64,000 nt of DNA from Armatimonadota bacterium (GCA_046292385.1 JBKBRF010000004.1:224001-288000); one strand, 5' to 3'. Positions 47,667-59,559 are shown, counted from the stretch's first letter. The notes: generated from the sequence alone by a model not told the origin. Made by a program: numbers and translations.

Positions 47667-48680
47667 GTGAGCGAACCGGATTTCATCATCGAGCCGGCGG
47701 AGCAGGTCTTCCGGATGCCGGCCTCCAGCACGCAGACCGCGGTGATGGCGAGTGTCGGCGGGATTGCGCTGCTTGTTCTCGCCGTGGCCGGGTTCTGCCT
47801 GGCTATCGTGATTCGCGCCAACGTCGTCACGCAGCAGGTCCTGACGACGCTGCCGGCGCTGGCCGGGATCGGGGCACTCGCCACCGCGACGATGATCCGG
47901 CGAACTCCGCGCGAGGTGGGTGTCAGCGACGCCGGCTTGCGGATCGACACCCGGCAGCAAAGCCGTACCCATCCGTGGTCCGAGATCGGGTGGTCGATGA
48001 TCGACGCGCCGCTCGGCCCCCGGCGCGTCCTGCGGGTTTTCGACGTGGAGGGGCGAGTGCTGGTTTCACTCAGCGAGAGCATCGAACGGTTCGACGCGCT
48101 GGCGGAGGCGCTCACCGGACGGATCGCGGCGAAGCGCGATGACACCGCGGAGCGGGTGCAGAGGACACAGGCCCGCAGGCGCGCGGTGTGGCTCGGCCTC
48201 GGTGGGGTCCTCTTCCTCGCGGTGTCGATCAGCCTCGCCTGGATGACCTCCCGGGAGATCCGCGCGGAGCGACTGCTCAAGACGGCCGCCGTGCCTGGGA
48301 AGGCACAGATCGAGCGCCGGTTCCTGGCGCCGAACGGCGTTACGCCCCGCCTGGTCTACCGAATCACGACGAAGGACGGGAAGTCCGCCAGCCGTAACGC
48401 GGAGGTGCTGCGCCCGATGTGGGACGCGCTGGAAGGCGCGGAGACGGTCGACGTGATCTATGTCCCCGGCGAGCCCGAGATCAGTCGACTCGCAGCCGGT
48501 GAGGCGCCGGACCGCGACGCCTCCACCCAGCCCCTCGTCGGCTACGGCGTACCCGTGCTGGGCGGGCTCTTCAGCCTGTTCTTCCTGGGCGCGGCGGTGC
48601 TGGCGTGGCGCGGCCTCGACATCGACCTCGACTCGAAGACCGGCAAGCTCTCGATCAAGCGGTTCGGCACCGGGCGTTAG
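47667..48680 (+). CDS. Hypothetical membrane protein (4 TM with PH-like and DUF3592-like soluble parts)
   Basis: GAGGAG RBS before GTG; TM pattern; VDVIYVPGEPEIS motif. Confidence 0.7.
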   Translation: MSEPDFIIEPAEQVFRMPASSTQTAVMASVGGIALLVLAVAGFCLAIVIRANVVTQQVLTTLPALAGIGALATATMIRRTPREVGVSDAGLRIDTRQQSRTHPWSEIGWSMIDAPLGPRRVLRVFDVEGRVLVSLSESIERFDALAEALTGRIAAKRDDTAERVQRTQARRRAVWLGLGGVLFLAVSISLAWMTSREIRAERLLKTAAVPGKAQIERRFLAPNGVTPRLVYRITTKDGKSASRNAEVLRPMWDALEGAETVDVIYVPGEPEISRLAAGEAPDRDASTQPLVGYGVPVLGGLFSLFFLGAAVLAWRGLDIDLDSKTGKLSIKRFGTGR

Positions 48681-48730
48681 CTCCCCGCTGGATAGATCCC
48701 CGCTCCCAGCCCGGCATCACGTCGGTCTGG

Positions 48731-49093
48731 CTACTCGTGCCGGTGGACGGTGTCGGGCGAGAACGCCGGCAGGCAGACGGCGAGGTACTCCGCGCCGCCC
48801 TCGTCCGGGCTGCTGTACTGCACCCACTCTCCGGCCGACGCGATGATCGCCTCTCCCGCGCGCACCGCCGTGGTGCCGCCCGCGTGGGTAACCAGGAGCG
48901 TGCCGGCGAGTACCACGGTGTACTCGTCGAACTCCGGGGTCTGCGCGGGCTCGGTCCAGCCGGCGGGGCTGCGCATCCGCGCGATGCTCACCTGCTCGGT
49001 GCCGGAATTGACCCGGCCGATGAACTCCTCGATCACCTTAGGGACGTTGCCGGCGGCGGCGATACGGGTGGGGGAGGGGATGTGGCGGGGCAT
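48731..49093 (-). CDS. Cupin domain protein
   Basis: Motifs KVIEEFIGRVNS, GWTEPAQTPEFDEYTVVL and AVCLPAFSPDTVHR. Confidence 0.88.
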   Translation of the reverse strand: MPRHIPSPTRIAAAGNVPKVIEEFIGRVNSGTEQVSIARMRSPAGWTEPAQTPEFDEYTVVLAGTLLVTHAGGTTAVRAGEAIIASAGEWVQYSSPDEGGAEYLAVCLPAFSPDTVHRHE

Positions 49094-49108
49094 CTGAATC
49101 GTCTCCTG

Positions 49109-50215
49109 TCATTCGGCGCCCCGCAGGGCGCGGTCGAGGTTCTCCGCGTAGCGCGCGAATCCGAGGGCGGAGGGATGGAGGCCGTCCGGGTAGAGGCGGG
49201 CGTCGCGCGGGGCGAGGCCGCCGACCACTTCCACCTCGGGGAAGCGCGATAGCCGCTCCTCCAGCTGCTGCCGGATCCGCGCCAGGCGGTCCGCGGCGGC
49301 CTGGTTCAGGAAGACCCCGGCAAAGTCGGGCGGGCCCTTGCCCTCCTCCAGCGGCTTGTATCCGGGCAGGAGCCAGACCACCCGCCCGGGCTCCCCGGCG
49401 AGCACCCGCCGAACGAGCTCCTCCGCCCGCTCGCCGGCGAGCTCCGCATCCGGCTCTCGCCAGGCGTGGTTGCTGCCGAGCCCAATCGTCACCAGCTCCC
49501 AGCGGTGCGACCCGAGCGCCCAGTCGAGCGCCTCCGGCTCGACCTGGAGGCCGCCGACGCCGAGGTTCCAGACCGGGAGACCCCAGCGGCGGGAGAGACG
49601 ATGGACCCAGTTCTGAGTAGGGCACTGCACGGAGAAGCCCTGCGTGAGGCTGTCCCCCAGGGCGAGCCACCGCGGCTCCGGAGGAGAGAGCGGCTCGACC
49701 GAGCTCCCGGGCACGACCGCGATCCCCCGCACCTCGCAGGTGGAGATCAGCGGCAGCCACAGGCGCACCGGGCGGAGGTCGCCTCGCTCCAGGCCGGTCG
49801 GCAGCGGCACCTGCACCGCTCCGGAGAGCTCCCGTAGGTCCGTGCTGGAGACCGTGAGGCAGGAGCCGTCCGGCTGCTCCACCTCCAACGCCACCCCCTG
49901 CGGGGTCGGCTGGTGATGCCGCAGCCGCTCCAGGTGCAGCTCCACCAGCGGGCTGTCGGTCTCAAAGAGCAGCGCGCAGCCGGCGGAGGAGCGGAGGTTG
50001 GCGGTCGGCCCGATCTGGCCCGCCAGGGCGTCGTACGCCGCCTGCGGAAACCGGGAGATGCGCACCGTCTCACCGGACCGGTCGACCGGCTGCGGCGCGA
50101 AGTAGGAGAGCCGCGGGTCGGCGGCGGGGATGAAGCTCAGCATGACCGTCGAAGCCAGGTACTCCGGGCTGGAAGACCAGCGCCCCCGACCAGTGGCTGA
50201 TCGGGGGCGCTCCAC
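49109..50215 (-). CDS. SGNH/GDSL hydrolase
   Basis: Blocks LGDSLTQG, NLGVGG, GLGSN and DGLHP; start may be ATG 50143. Confidence 0.88.
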   Translation of the reverse strand: MERPRSATGRGRWSSSPEYLASTVMLSFIPAADPRLSYFAPQPVDRSGETVRISRFPQAAYDALAGQIGPTANLRSSAGCALLFETDSPLVELHLERLRHHQPTPQGVALEVEQPDGSCLTVSSTDLRELSGAVQVPLPTGLERGDLRPVRLWLPLISTCEVRGIAVVPGSSVEPLSPPEPRWLALGDSLTQGFSVQCPTQNWVHRLSRRWGLPVWNLGVGGLQVEPEALDWALGSHRWELVTIGLGSNHAWREPDAELAGERAEELVRRVLAGEPGRVVWLLPGYKPLEEGKGPPDFAGVFLNQAAADRLARIRQQLEERLSRFPEVEVVGGLAPRDARLYPDGLHPSALGFARYAENLDRALRGAE

Positions 50216-50233
50216 TATCCGGTCACTGCCGCT

Positions 50234-51736
<1,503 letters not shown>

Positions 51737-51807
51737 CAGGATCTCCTTGGGCGTGCGTGCAAAGCCGGTGCGAACGGCTGAGAAAGCGATGTAACGAGAT
51801 AGAAGTG

Positions 51808-52752
51808 CTATCGACGCCGGGTTCGTGCCGACGCCGCGAAGAGAGCGGGCCCCCGCGCCTCCGGATCCGCCGGAAGCGGGTGGAAGCGGAGCGCCTCGAA
51901 GCCGGACTGGGTGAGATACCGCGAGAGCTGCGGCTCCGAAAAGCCGAGCCACACGTGGCCCATCTGCTGCTGATACTCCTCACGCTCGTGCGGCAGCATG
52001 TCGACGATCAGCAGCCGGCCTCCCGGCACGAGCGCCCGTCCCGCCTCGGCCAGGACTCGCGCGGGATCCGGAACATAGTGCAATACCAGCATCAGCACGG
52101 CGGCATCCAGCGCGCCGGTCTCTACCGGCAGCGCCTCCAGCTCGCCCTGACGCAGCTCTACGTTCGGCATCCCCTGCAGGCGGCCGCGGGCGCTCTCCAG
52201 CATCTCGCGAGAGCCGTCCACCGCGATCATCCGCCCCACGAACGGCGCCAGGACCTGGGAGACCTGCCCGGTGCCGCAGCCGAGGTCGCCGACCGTCCAC
52301 TCGCTATCCAGCAGGCCGAGCAAGGCCCGCAGGTGGAATACCGAGCCGAACAGCTCCCCGCGCAGGCGGTCCCACTGGTCCGCCGTCGACGAAAAGAACT
52401 CCCGCGACTTCAGTCTTCGCTCCGAGAGCACGCCTTCCAGCCGCTGGTCGTCCTGACGCGCCGCGGCGGTCTCCGCCACCTGCGCGTCGACCAGGCTCCA
52501 CAGCTCCTGCGCCTCGCCGGAAAGCTCGCCGGCCGCCATGCTGTAGAAGCGGCTGGTGCCGTCCCGCCGGGAAGCGACCCAGCCGTCGTCCAGCAGGGTC
52601 TTCAGGTGACGGCTCACGGTCGATTGCGGAAGCTGCAGCACCGCGCAGAGCTCCGAAACGGTCAGCTCCTGCCCGGCTAGCAGACGCAGCATGCGGCAGC
52701 GGATCGGGTCCGCCACCGCGAGCATGTGTCTCAGTATCGCCGGCTGACTCAC
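51808..52752 (-). CDS. sahR: ArsR HTH plus class I methyltransferase-like domain regulator (SahR-type)
   Basis: N-terminal [19 protein letters not shown]-terminal DLGCGTG and LVPGGRL; immediately upstream of ahcY. Confidence 0.85.
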   Translation of the reverse strand: MSQPAILRHMLAVADPIRCRMLRLLAGQELTVSELCAVLQLPQSTVSRHLKTLLDDGWVASRRDGTSRFYSMAAGELSGEAQELWSLVDAQVAETAAARQDDQRLEGVLSERRLKSREFFSSTADQWDRLRGELFGSVFHLRALLGLLDSEWTVGDLGCGTGQVSQVLAPFVGRMIAVDGSREMLESARGRLQGMPNVELRQGELEALPVETGALDAAVLMLVLHYVPDPARVLAEAGRALVPGGRLLIVDMLPHEREEYQQQMGHVWLGFSEPQLSRYLTQSGFEALRFHPLPADPEARGPALFAASARTRRR

Positions 52753-52761
52753 GCCATCTCC

Positions 52762-52808
52762 ATCCGTCTATCCGGATAGAGTGTTGCACAACTCCGTAGC
52801 GGTGTCAA
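52762..52808 (-). promoter_or_regulatory. Candidate operator and -35 box of the sahR-ahcY operon
   Basis: ATCCG-N6-CGGAT (52762-77) overlaps the perfect palindrome TCTATCCGGATAGA (52767-80); minus-strand TTGACA at 52808-52803. Confidence 0.55.
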
Positions 52809-53019
52809 CTACCGGCCGCCCGGGCCTCGAGCGCCGTCGCCCAAGAGCCTTCCGTCCGCTCTCGCGGCCCGGAGCCCGACCATGCGTTGGACCAGATCGA
52901 CGGGGAGCGGCTGGTACAGTGGGAATTGGAGGGAGCCCCTGACGCTTGCTACTTCGTCTCGTCGCCACCTTCGTGGGTCCCGAGGCCCTGGGTAAGAGCA
53001 GCGCCGGCCGCGATAGCTC

Positions 53020-53048
53020 TTGCAGTTTCCCTCGCCCCGTGGTAGTAT
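53020..53048 (+). promoter_or_regulatory. Putative sigma70 promoter of the RRM gene
   Basis: TTGCAG, 17 nt spacer, TAGTAT with an extended TG. Confidence 0.6.
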
Positions 53049-53259
53049 CCGTATGTCAAGTTCAGATTGAGTTCGTAGCGCATTACCGTTCGGAGTTCCA
53101 GGTCCGTCCTACTAGTGCTTTACCGCACCGGGACGGGCTTTTTTGTTGCTTCTGTGACTAGGCTGCCGACGACCGCCTTCTGTTTGGGACCCCTTGTGGC
53201 TCGGGACGAGCCGCCTTTCTGCCGCGATCTCGAAACCTTCGAGACCGGAAGGATACACC

Positions 53260-53568
53260 ATGAGCAAGCGATTATTCGTCGGCAACCTCTCGTTCAACAC
53301 CTCCGAAGCACAGCTTCAGACGACGTTCGCGCCGTATGGCTGCACCAGCGCCACGATCCCTACCGACTACGACGGGCGCGGCAAGGGCTTCGGCTTCGTG
53401 GACGTGAACGATGACCAGATGGACGCGGCCATCTCGGCCGTCAACGGCCGCGACGTGGACGGGCGCACGCTGAATGTGAATGAGGCTCGCCCGCGCCCCG
53501 AGCGCAGCGGTGGTGGCAGCCGTGGCGGCGATCGCCAGGGTGGATACGGCGGCGGCAACCGCTGGTAA
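53260..53568 (+). CDS. RNA-binding protein (RRM plus Gly-rich tail)
   Basis: RNP2 LFVGNL, RNP1 KGFGFV, LNVNEARPR and GGYGGGNRW; GAAGGA RBS. Confidence 0.95.
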   Translation: MSKRLFVGNLSFNTSEAQLQTTFAPYGCTSATIPTDYDGRGKGFGFVDVNDDQMDAAISAVNGRDVDGRTLNVNEARPRPERSGGGSRGGDRQGGYGGGNRW

Positions 53569-53584
53569 GCCGTCCGTAGAACTT

Positions 53585-53633
53585 CAGAGAAGGCACACGC
53601 GCTCGTCAGGCGCGTGTGCCTTCTCTGCGTTTC
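53585..53633 (+). terminator. Long hairpin terminator after the RRM gene
   Basis: 18-bp stem CAGAGAAGGCACACGCGC / GCGCGTGTGCCTTCTCTG followed by CGTTTC. Confidence 0.65.
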
Positions 53634-53671
53634 TGGTCTCGCAGGGTACTCAAGACGTAAGGAGAGGAACG

Positions 53672-54067
53672 ATGTGGACTTACAATCGAGATGGGGAGCT
53701 CATCAACCTGGCGCAAGCGCTCAAGGTGGAGACCATGCACGACGACGCCCAGGTGGGCGGGGTCGATGGCAACTACGGCCTCTTCGCGCTGTTCCCGGTG
53801 GTCGAAGAGCAGGAGCTGGACCTGGAGCTAACGTCGGAGGACGCAGCGGCGGAGGGCTCTGCGCCGGGTCCCCGCTGGCGCGGCCGTGCGCTCGGCCAGA
53901 GTGCCTTCTACGTCGACATTCTCTGGGGTACCTACTCGACCTGGGAAGCGGTGGTAGCCGCGCAGCAAAGTCTTGGACAGAGACTGGGTGTCCTTGACAT
54001 GGCGGAGCTGGGCGCGGAGCCGGTTCCGGTCGCTGGGCCCGGTTCGGACGCCGTGCCCGAAGCCTGA
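53672..54067 (+). CDS. Hypothetical acidic protein
   Basis: AAGGAGAGG RBS before ATG 53672; 131 aa. Confidence 0.65.
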   Translation: MWTYNRDGELINLAQALKVETMHDDAQVGGVDGNYGLFALFPVVEEQELDLELTSEDAAAEGSAPGPRWRGRALGQSAFYVDILWGTYSTWEAVVAAQQSLGQRLGVLDMAELGAEPVPVAGPGSDAVPEA

Positions 54068-54102
54068 GCGGGTCTCGGCATCCGTTGAGAAGTCCTGACC
54101 GT

Positions 54103-54132
54103 GCATTCCGCGCGAGTTTTCGCGCGGAATGC
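54103..54132. repeat. REP-like hairpin
   Basis: GCATTCCGCGCGA-GTTT-TCGCGCGGAATGC. Confidence 0.55.
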
Positions 54133-54353
54133 GCACCCGTGGTCGGGTGCCGCCGAGAAGCATCGCCACTGCCGACCCATCCGAAAGCAGCGACACGAGC
54201 TTCCGGATGATTTTCGGCGGCCACGCACCCGGTGGTTGCCGTGCCCCGCACGCTTCTGTGTGAGAGCGTCACCGGGCGGCCTCGCGAGCGCGCCGCTCCG
54301 TCACAACGCATGCTCCCGACGCGTATTGTCCGCAGAAAGGAGCGATAGCCACG

Positions 54354-56777
54354 ATGCGTCCCACCGGAGCCCGGACCCTATGGATCGCGACCCTCGCCCT
54401 CCTCCTCGCCTACGGCGCCCCCGGCCGCGCCCAGGACAGTGCTGCCGGCGCCTGCCGGGAGCGGCTGGCGGCGATTGGAAAGGCGGTGACCGCGTATGAG
54501 CGGGAGCACGGCAGCATCCCGGAGAGCTTCACGCGGCTCTTCCCGAAGCACCTCACTGACAGGAGCCTGCTGATCTGCCCGTCGGACGAGCAGCCGCGCG
54601 CGTTGCGCGACGGGGACCTGCCCGCGAGCTACCACTCGTGGTGGAACGACAACCCGGACGGAAGCGGCATGCGGCTCTCGCCGCCGCGCGCCGGCGCGAC
54701 CCAGCGGGAGGTGCTGACAGCGCAGCGCCAGAACTTTGGCGACCACGTGCCGGTCACCGCGTGCTGGCGTCACCGCCTGCTGCTGGCGGTGAGCGGCGAA
54801 GTACGGCCGACCGGGCGCTTCTGGCAGCAGGACCTGGTGGTGTTCCCGACCGTGGTCGCCTCGCTGCACCGGGACGCGCTGGGGGAGAAGGCGGCCTTCG
54901 ATCGCCGTTGGGATCTCGCGGCGCTCGGAAAGTACTTGAAGTGGGCACTGGAGGCCGAGGTCCGGCTGGACGGGGAGGGCCGAACCCGACTGCGGGAAGC
55001 GGCCGCCGCGATCCGCGACCGCGCCGGCGCTCCGGAAGGCGTGCGGAGCTTCACCGCCGGGATGGCGTTCGCGGTAGCAGGCGAGACCGACCCCGCCTTC
55101 GACGCCCTGGAACGGTCGGTCCTCGCGAGCGACAGCCAGCACGAGCGGGCCCTGGAGCCGCTCGACGCGCTCTACCGGTCGGCGGCCCAGCCGGAGCGCG
55201 CGATCCGCTTCTACCGCAGGCTGCTCGACCGCTATCCCGGCGGCACCGGCTACGCCGCGAAGCTGGCCGACGCGTACCAGGCGGCCGGCCGGCGGGAAGA
55301 GGCGAGGGAGTGGTCCGCCAGGGCAGCGGCCGCGGCGGAAGCCGTCACCCGGCCGGCCTCCGTGGAGGCCTGCCGGCTCCGTCTCCAGGCGGTCCACCGG
55401 GCGCTGACTGCCTATCGCACCGATCGCGGAGAGCTGCCGGCGAACCTGTCCGACCTCGCTGCGGACCACCTGAAGCCGGAGCTGCTCCACTGCCCAAGCG
55501 ACCATTCTCCCGGCAGCCTCGGCACGCCGTTCGCCTACCGCGACCCGGCGGGCTACGTCAGCTACGCGTATGAGATGAGCCTGGCACCTTCCGGTGGGAT
55601 GCCGCACCCGCTCGGCCCCTTCCCCAGACGTCCGGACGGCTGGGGCAGCAGACGCGACGTGGCGACCCACCAGGGGACCTTCTACGGCCCGCAGGTTCCG
55701 GTCGTCCGCTGCTTCCATCACCGTCCCGCGGCGCGAGAGTCGAACGCCGACGACCAGGTGCTGAACCTGCGCGCGGATGGCTCGGTATACCGGAGTGGCT
55801 TCCGCTGGGAGAGTCACCCGGAGAGCGTGCGGATCGCGATGGAGGGAGCCGCGCGGGATCTGGATGCGGGCCCGGAAGTCTTCTCCCGGCGCTGGTATCT
55901 CGGACAGATCGATCAGGACGCCTCCGACTGGATCGAGGAGCCGCAGCCGCCGGAGACCCGCGCCGCGCTGGTCCGGCTGGCGAAGGCGCTGGAAACGCGG
56001 GCGAAGCAGCTCAAGCCGCTCTCCAAAGCGTTCGCCCTGCGCGTGGCGGGACGGCTCTACCGTGCCGGAGGGGAGCACGCAGCAGCGATCTGTGCGGGCA
56101 AGCAGGCGCTCGGCCTGCTGCCCGAGAGCGACCCCGGCGGCCGGAGCGCGGCGAAGGAGCTGCTCGCCGCGGCCTATCGGAGTGCGGAGCAGTACGACCC
56201 CGCGATCGTCCTCTACCGCGAGCTTCACGAGGCGAGCCCCAGGATCGGCTACTACATGGTCCAGCTTGCCGAGCTGCACGAGCTGGCGGGGCGCCCGGAA
56301 GACGCGCGTGCCTGGCGCCAGAAGGCCGACCCCGGCCAGCGACTGGTGGGGCAGCCGGCGCCGGACTTCACCGTAGCGACGCCGGGCGGAGAACAGCTCG
56401 CGTTGAGCCATGTCCGGCGCGGGGGGAAGGCGACGTTGATCAACTTCTGGTTCTATGGGTGAGGCGCCTGTCGTGAGGAGTTGCCTCACCTCCAGAAGCT
56501 GTATGCCGAGCTAAAAGGAAAGGGCCTGGAGATCATCGCCGTCAACCACGCCGACTCCAGGGAGACGGTGGAACGCTACTTCCGCACCAGCGGCTTCACC
56601 TTCCCGGTGGGGCTGGGGGACCGGGGGGCGGACGTCTTCTCCCGCTACGCGGTGGAAAGCTATCCCGCGAGCTACCTGCTGGATACTGACGGAAAGATCG
56701 TGTGGCGCGCGGTCGGCTACGGGCCCTCGACGCTGCAGGAGCTCAAGAAGGCGCTCGCCGGTCTCGGCGTGAAGTAG
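54354..56777 (+). CDS. Exported multidomain TlpA/redoxin-like selenoprotein (UxxC; UGA 56460-56462 = Sec), about 807 aa
   Basis: ORF 54354..56462 ends GQPAPDFTV...INFWFYG-TGA and continues in frame GACREELPHLQKL into ORF 56481..56777 (YPASYLLD..GKIVW), completing a thioredoxin fold. Signal peptide and two duplicated modules lie upstream. Confidence 0.88.
56463..56492 (+). promoter_or_regulatory. Bacterial SECIS-like hairpin after the redoxin UGA
   Basis: GTGAGG (56473-78), loop AGTTG, CCTCAC (56484-89); loop begins 17 nt after the UGA. Confidence 0.7.
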
Positions 56778-56908
56778 CAGCGCCACGAGCTACCGACGAT
56801 GAAGGCGCCGGAGTCCGGAGCGGACCCCGGCGCCACCGCTGCCTTGGCTCGCATAAGCTCTCCCGGGAGTGGAGCGGTGGGAGTATCGGGCCCCCGGTTC
56901 GGCACTCA

Positions 56909-57373
56909 TCAGGCATCCGGGCGGATGTCGCTCCAGAGCTCCGCTCGAACGAACTGCGAGAGGTGGCCGATGTTAGAGGTGGCGATCACGAGCTCCTCTG
57001 GCCGCAGCCCGAGGTCGAGCGCTTGCGCCGCGAGAAGAACGTCGCAGTCAAGCTCTTTCGGGTCTGCAGTCGGTCGGCCGGAATTCCGGGCCGACGCCCA
57101 GAGACTCGCCGCCAGACGCAGAGCGGTATCGGTGAGCGGGAGGTAGCAGCCCGGCAATGCGCAGAAGGCTTCGAGGCGAGCCAGGCCGGTATCTCGCCCT
57201 GACCGGCGGAGCTCACGGGCAACCTCATAGTAGGCGATGGCGGGCGCCAGGATGCGACAATTGGCGCGGCGACACTCTGCCAACCATCGGCGACATGCTT
57301 CCGCCTCGGCAACACCCGCTCGCTGGGTGACGATGCTTAGCGGAGAGGTGTCGAGCACGATCGTGAGCGGCAT
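56909..57373 (-). CDS. PIN-domain toxin (VapC-like)
   Basis: Motifs IVLDTS, YEVAREL, DCDVLLAAQA and IATSNIGH. Confidence 0.88.
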   Translation of the reverse strand: MPLTIVLDTSPLSIVTQRAGVAEAEACRRWLAECRRANCRILAPAIAYYEVARELRRSGRDTGLARLEAFCALPGCYLPLTDTALRLAASLWASARNSGRPTADPKELDCDVLLAAQALDLGLRPEELVIATSNIGHLSQFVRAELWSDIRPDA

Positions 57374-57666
57374 CAGAACAGACGTCGAGAGCCGGCGCGC
57401 TCACGCTCGGCGTTTACGTTGCGCTTGAAGTCGTTCCAGAGGCGGCGCTCCTCCGCCACCTCATCCGGAGTCAGGTGCGCATCCTCTCGATCCCACTGCG
57501 CGAGGAGCGCCAGAGTGGGATCGGAGTCCTCGTTTAACTGCTCCAACGGTGGCAGGTGCTCGGCGAGAAGCCTTCGCGCTACCTCTTCAACCGACAGGCC
57601 CTGATCCCGGGCCGCGCGTGCGAGCCGCGCCTCGTCGTCCGGGGTGAGCTCGAGCTTGAGAGTCAT
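57373..57666 (-). CDS. Putative antitoxin (RHH-like N-terminus)
   Basis: MTLKLELTPDDEARLARAARDQGLSVEE; acidic C-terminus; TGATG coupling to the PIN gene. Confidence 0.78.
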   Translation of the reverse strand: MTLKLELTPDDEARLARAARDQGLSVEEVARRLLAEHLPPLEQLNEDSDPTLALLAQWDREDAHLTPDEVAEERRLWNDFKRNVNAERERAGSRRLF

Positions 57667-57687
57667 CGTGCGCCTCCGTGCGAGGGA

Positions 57688-59502
57688 TCAGTCGTTGACG
57701 CGGAGCACCGACAGGAACGCTTCCTGCGGGATCTCCACGCGGCCGACCGACTTCATCCGCTTCTTCCCTTCCTTCTGCTTCTCCAGCAGCTTGCGCTTCC
57801 GGCTGATGTCACCGCCGTAGCACTTCGCCAGCACGTCCTTGCGGAGCGGGCGGACGCTTTCGGAGGCGATCACCTTGCTGCCGAGCGCGGCCTGGATGCG
57901 GATCTCGAACATCTGCCGGGGCAGGATCTCCTTCAGACGCTCCGCGAGCTGCTTGCCGCGGGCGTAGGCGCGCTCCCGGTGCGTGATGAAGGAGAGGGCG
58001 TCGACCACGTCGCCGTTGATGAGGATGTCCATCTTCACCAGCGGGCTCTCCTTGTAGCCGCACAGCTCGTAGTCGAACGAGGCGTAGCCCTTCGTGCGGC
58101 TCTTCAGGTGGTCGAAGAAGTCCATCAGGATCTCCGCCAGCGGCAGCTCGTAGGAGAGGACGACACGCTCCGTCCCGGAGTACTCCATGTGCTTGAAGAT
58201 GCCGCGCCGGTCGTTGCACAGCTCCATGCAGGCGCCGACGTAGTCTTTCGGCGTGATGACGGTGGCGGCGACGTACGGCTCTTCCACTTTCTCGATCTTC
58301 GGGGTGGGGAGCCAGTGCGCCGGGTTGTCGATCTCGTGGACCGTCCCCGCGCTGTCGGTGACCCGGTAGATCACGGAGGGGGAGGTGGCGATCAGGTCGA
58401 GATCGAACTCGCGCTCCAGCCGCTCCTGGACGATCTCAGAGTGGAGCAGGCCGAGGAAGCCGCAGCGGAAGCCGAAGCCGAGCGCCGCGGAGGTCTCCGG
58501 CTCGAAGACGAGCGCGGAGTCGTTGAGCTGCAGCTTTTGGAGCGCCTCACGCAGGTCCGGGTAGTCCTCGCCGACGACCGGATAGAGGCCGCAGTAGACC
58601 ATCGGCTTTACGGTCTTGTAGCCGGGAAGCGGCTCGGTCGCCCCTCCCGGTCCTGCCACGGTGATCGTGTCGCCGACGCGGCACTCCCCGATCGACTTGA
58701 TCCCCGCGTGGATGTAGCCGGTCTGTCCGGTGGTGAGCCCCTCGGTGGCGCGCATCTCCGGGGCGAAGACGCCGACGCCGAGCACCTCGAACTGGCGTCC
58801 GGTGGCGAGCATCTTGATCTTCTGCCCTGCCTTGATCTCGCCATCGACGACACGGACGTAGGCGACGATCCCCACGTACGGGTCGAAATGGCTGTCGAAG
58901 ATCAGCGCTCGCAGCGGCGCGTCCGGGTCGCCGCTCGGGGGCGGAACTCGCTCGACGACCGCCTCCAGCAGCTCATCGATGCCGATCCCTTCCTTGGCGC
59001 TGACGAGGATGCACTCCTCGCCCGGGATCGCCAGCGACTCCTCGACTTCGTGGACCACGCGCTCCGGGTCGGCGGCGGGGAGGTCGATCTTGTTCAGCGT
59101 GGGGATCAGCGTGAGATTGCTGTTGAGCGCCAGGTTGACGTTGGCGAGGGTCTGCGCCTCTACGCCCTGGGCGGCGTCGACCACCAGGATCGCGCCCTCG
59201 CAGGCGGCGAGCGAGCGGGAGACTTCGTAGGTGAAGTCGACGTGGCCCGGCGTGTCGATCAGGTTCAGCTCGTAAAGCTGACCATCGTTCGCCCGGTAGT
59301 TCATCCGCACCGCGGCCATCTTGATGGTGATGCCGCGCTCCCGCTCCAGGTCCAGCTTGTCGAGCATCTGGTCCTGGTGCGCCTCGCGGCTTACCGTGCC
59401 GGTCACTTCCAGCAGGCGATCGGCCAGGGTCGACTTTCCGTGGTCGATGTGCGCGATGATGCAGAAGTTTCGGATATGCGCTTGTCGATCGCCCTTCGCC
59501 AT
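57688..59502 (-). CDS. lepA: Translation elongation factor 4 (LepA)
   Basis: Motifs [38 protein letters not shown] and [25 protein letters not shown]. Confidence 0.99.
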   Translation of the reverse strand: MAKGDRQAHIRNFCIIAHIDHGKSTLADRLLEVTGTVSREAHQDQMLDKLDLERERGITIKMAAVRMNYRANDGQLYELNLIDTPGHVDFTYEVSRSLAACEGAILVVDAAQGVEAQTLANVNLALNSNLTLIPTLNKIDLPAADPERVVHEVEESLAIPGEECILVSAKEGIGIDELLEAVVERVPPPSGDPDAPLRALIFDSHFDPYVGIVAYVRVVDGEIKAGQKIKMLATGRQFEVLGVGVFAPEMRATEGLTTGQTGYIHAGIKSIGECRVGDTITVAGPGGATEPLPGYKTVKPMVYCGLYPVVGEDYPDLREALQKLQLNDSALVFEPETSAALGFGFRCGFLGLLHSEIVQERLEREFDLDLIATSPSVIYRVTDSAGTVHEIDNPAHWLPTPKIEKVEEPYVAATVITPKDYVGACMELCNDRRGIFKHMEYSGTERVVLSYELPLAEILMDFFDHLKSRTKGYASFDYELCGYKESPLVKMDILINGDVVDALSFITHRERAYARGKQLAERLKEILPRQMFEIRIQAALGSKVIASESVRPLRKDVLAKCYGGDISRKRKLLEKQKEGKKRMKSVGRVEIPQEAFLSVLRVND

Positions 59503-59533
59503 GCTCTACTCCGCCGGGCCCGGGTCCCGTCAT

Positions 59534-59559
59534 GAAAAAAGGGTCGCCGCAGCGACCCT
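59534..59559 (-). terminator. Intrinsic terminator inside the lepA leader
   Basis: Minus strand AGGGTCGC-TGCG-GCGACCCT followed by a T run, ending about 30 nt before the lepA ATG. Confidence 0.7.

Noticed and set aside
51737..51807. SAH or SAM riboswitch upstream of ahcY
   Set aside because: The spacer is short and I could not identify the conserved riboswitch elements; regulation is explained by the upstream SahR-type gene.
56460..56480. Pseudogene or nonsense mutation splitting a thioredoxin gene
   Set aside because: The stop is UGA exactly at the catalytic Cys position, the frame is preserved, and a SECIS-like hairpin follows; Sec is the simpler explanation.
56909..57666. Toxin-antitoxin pair as a marker of a mobile element
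   Set aside because: It is a stand-alone PIN/antitoxin pair directly after lepA with no mobility genes or flanking repeats; ordinary.
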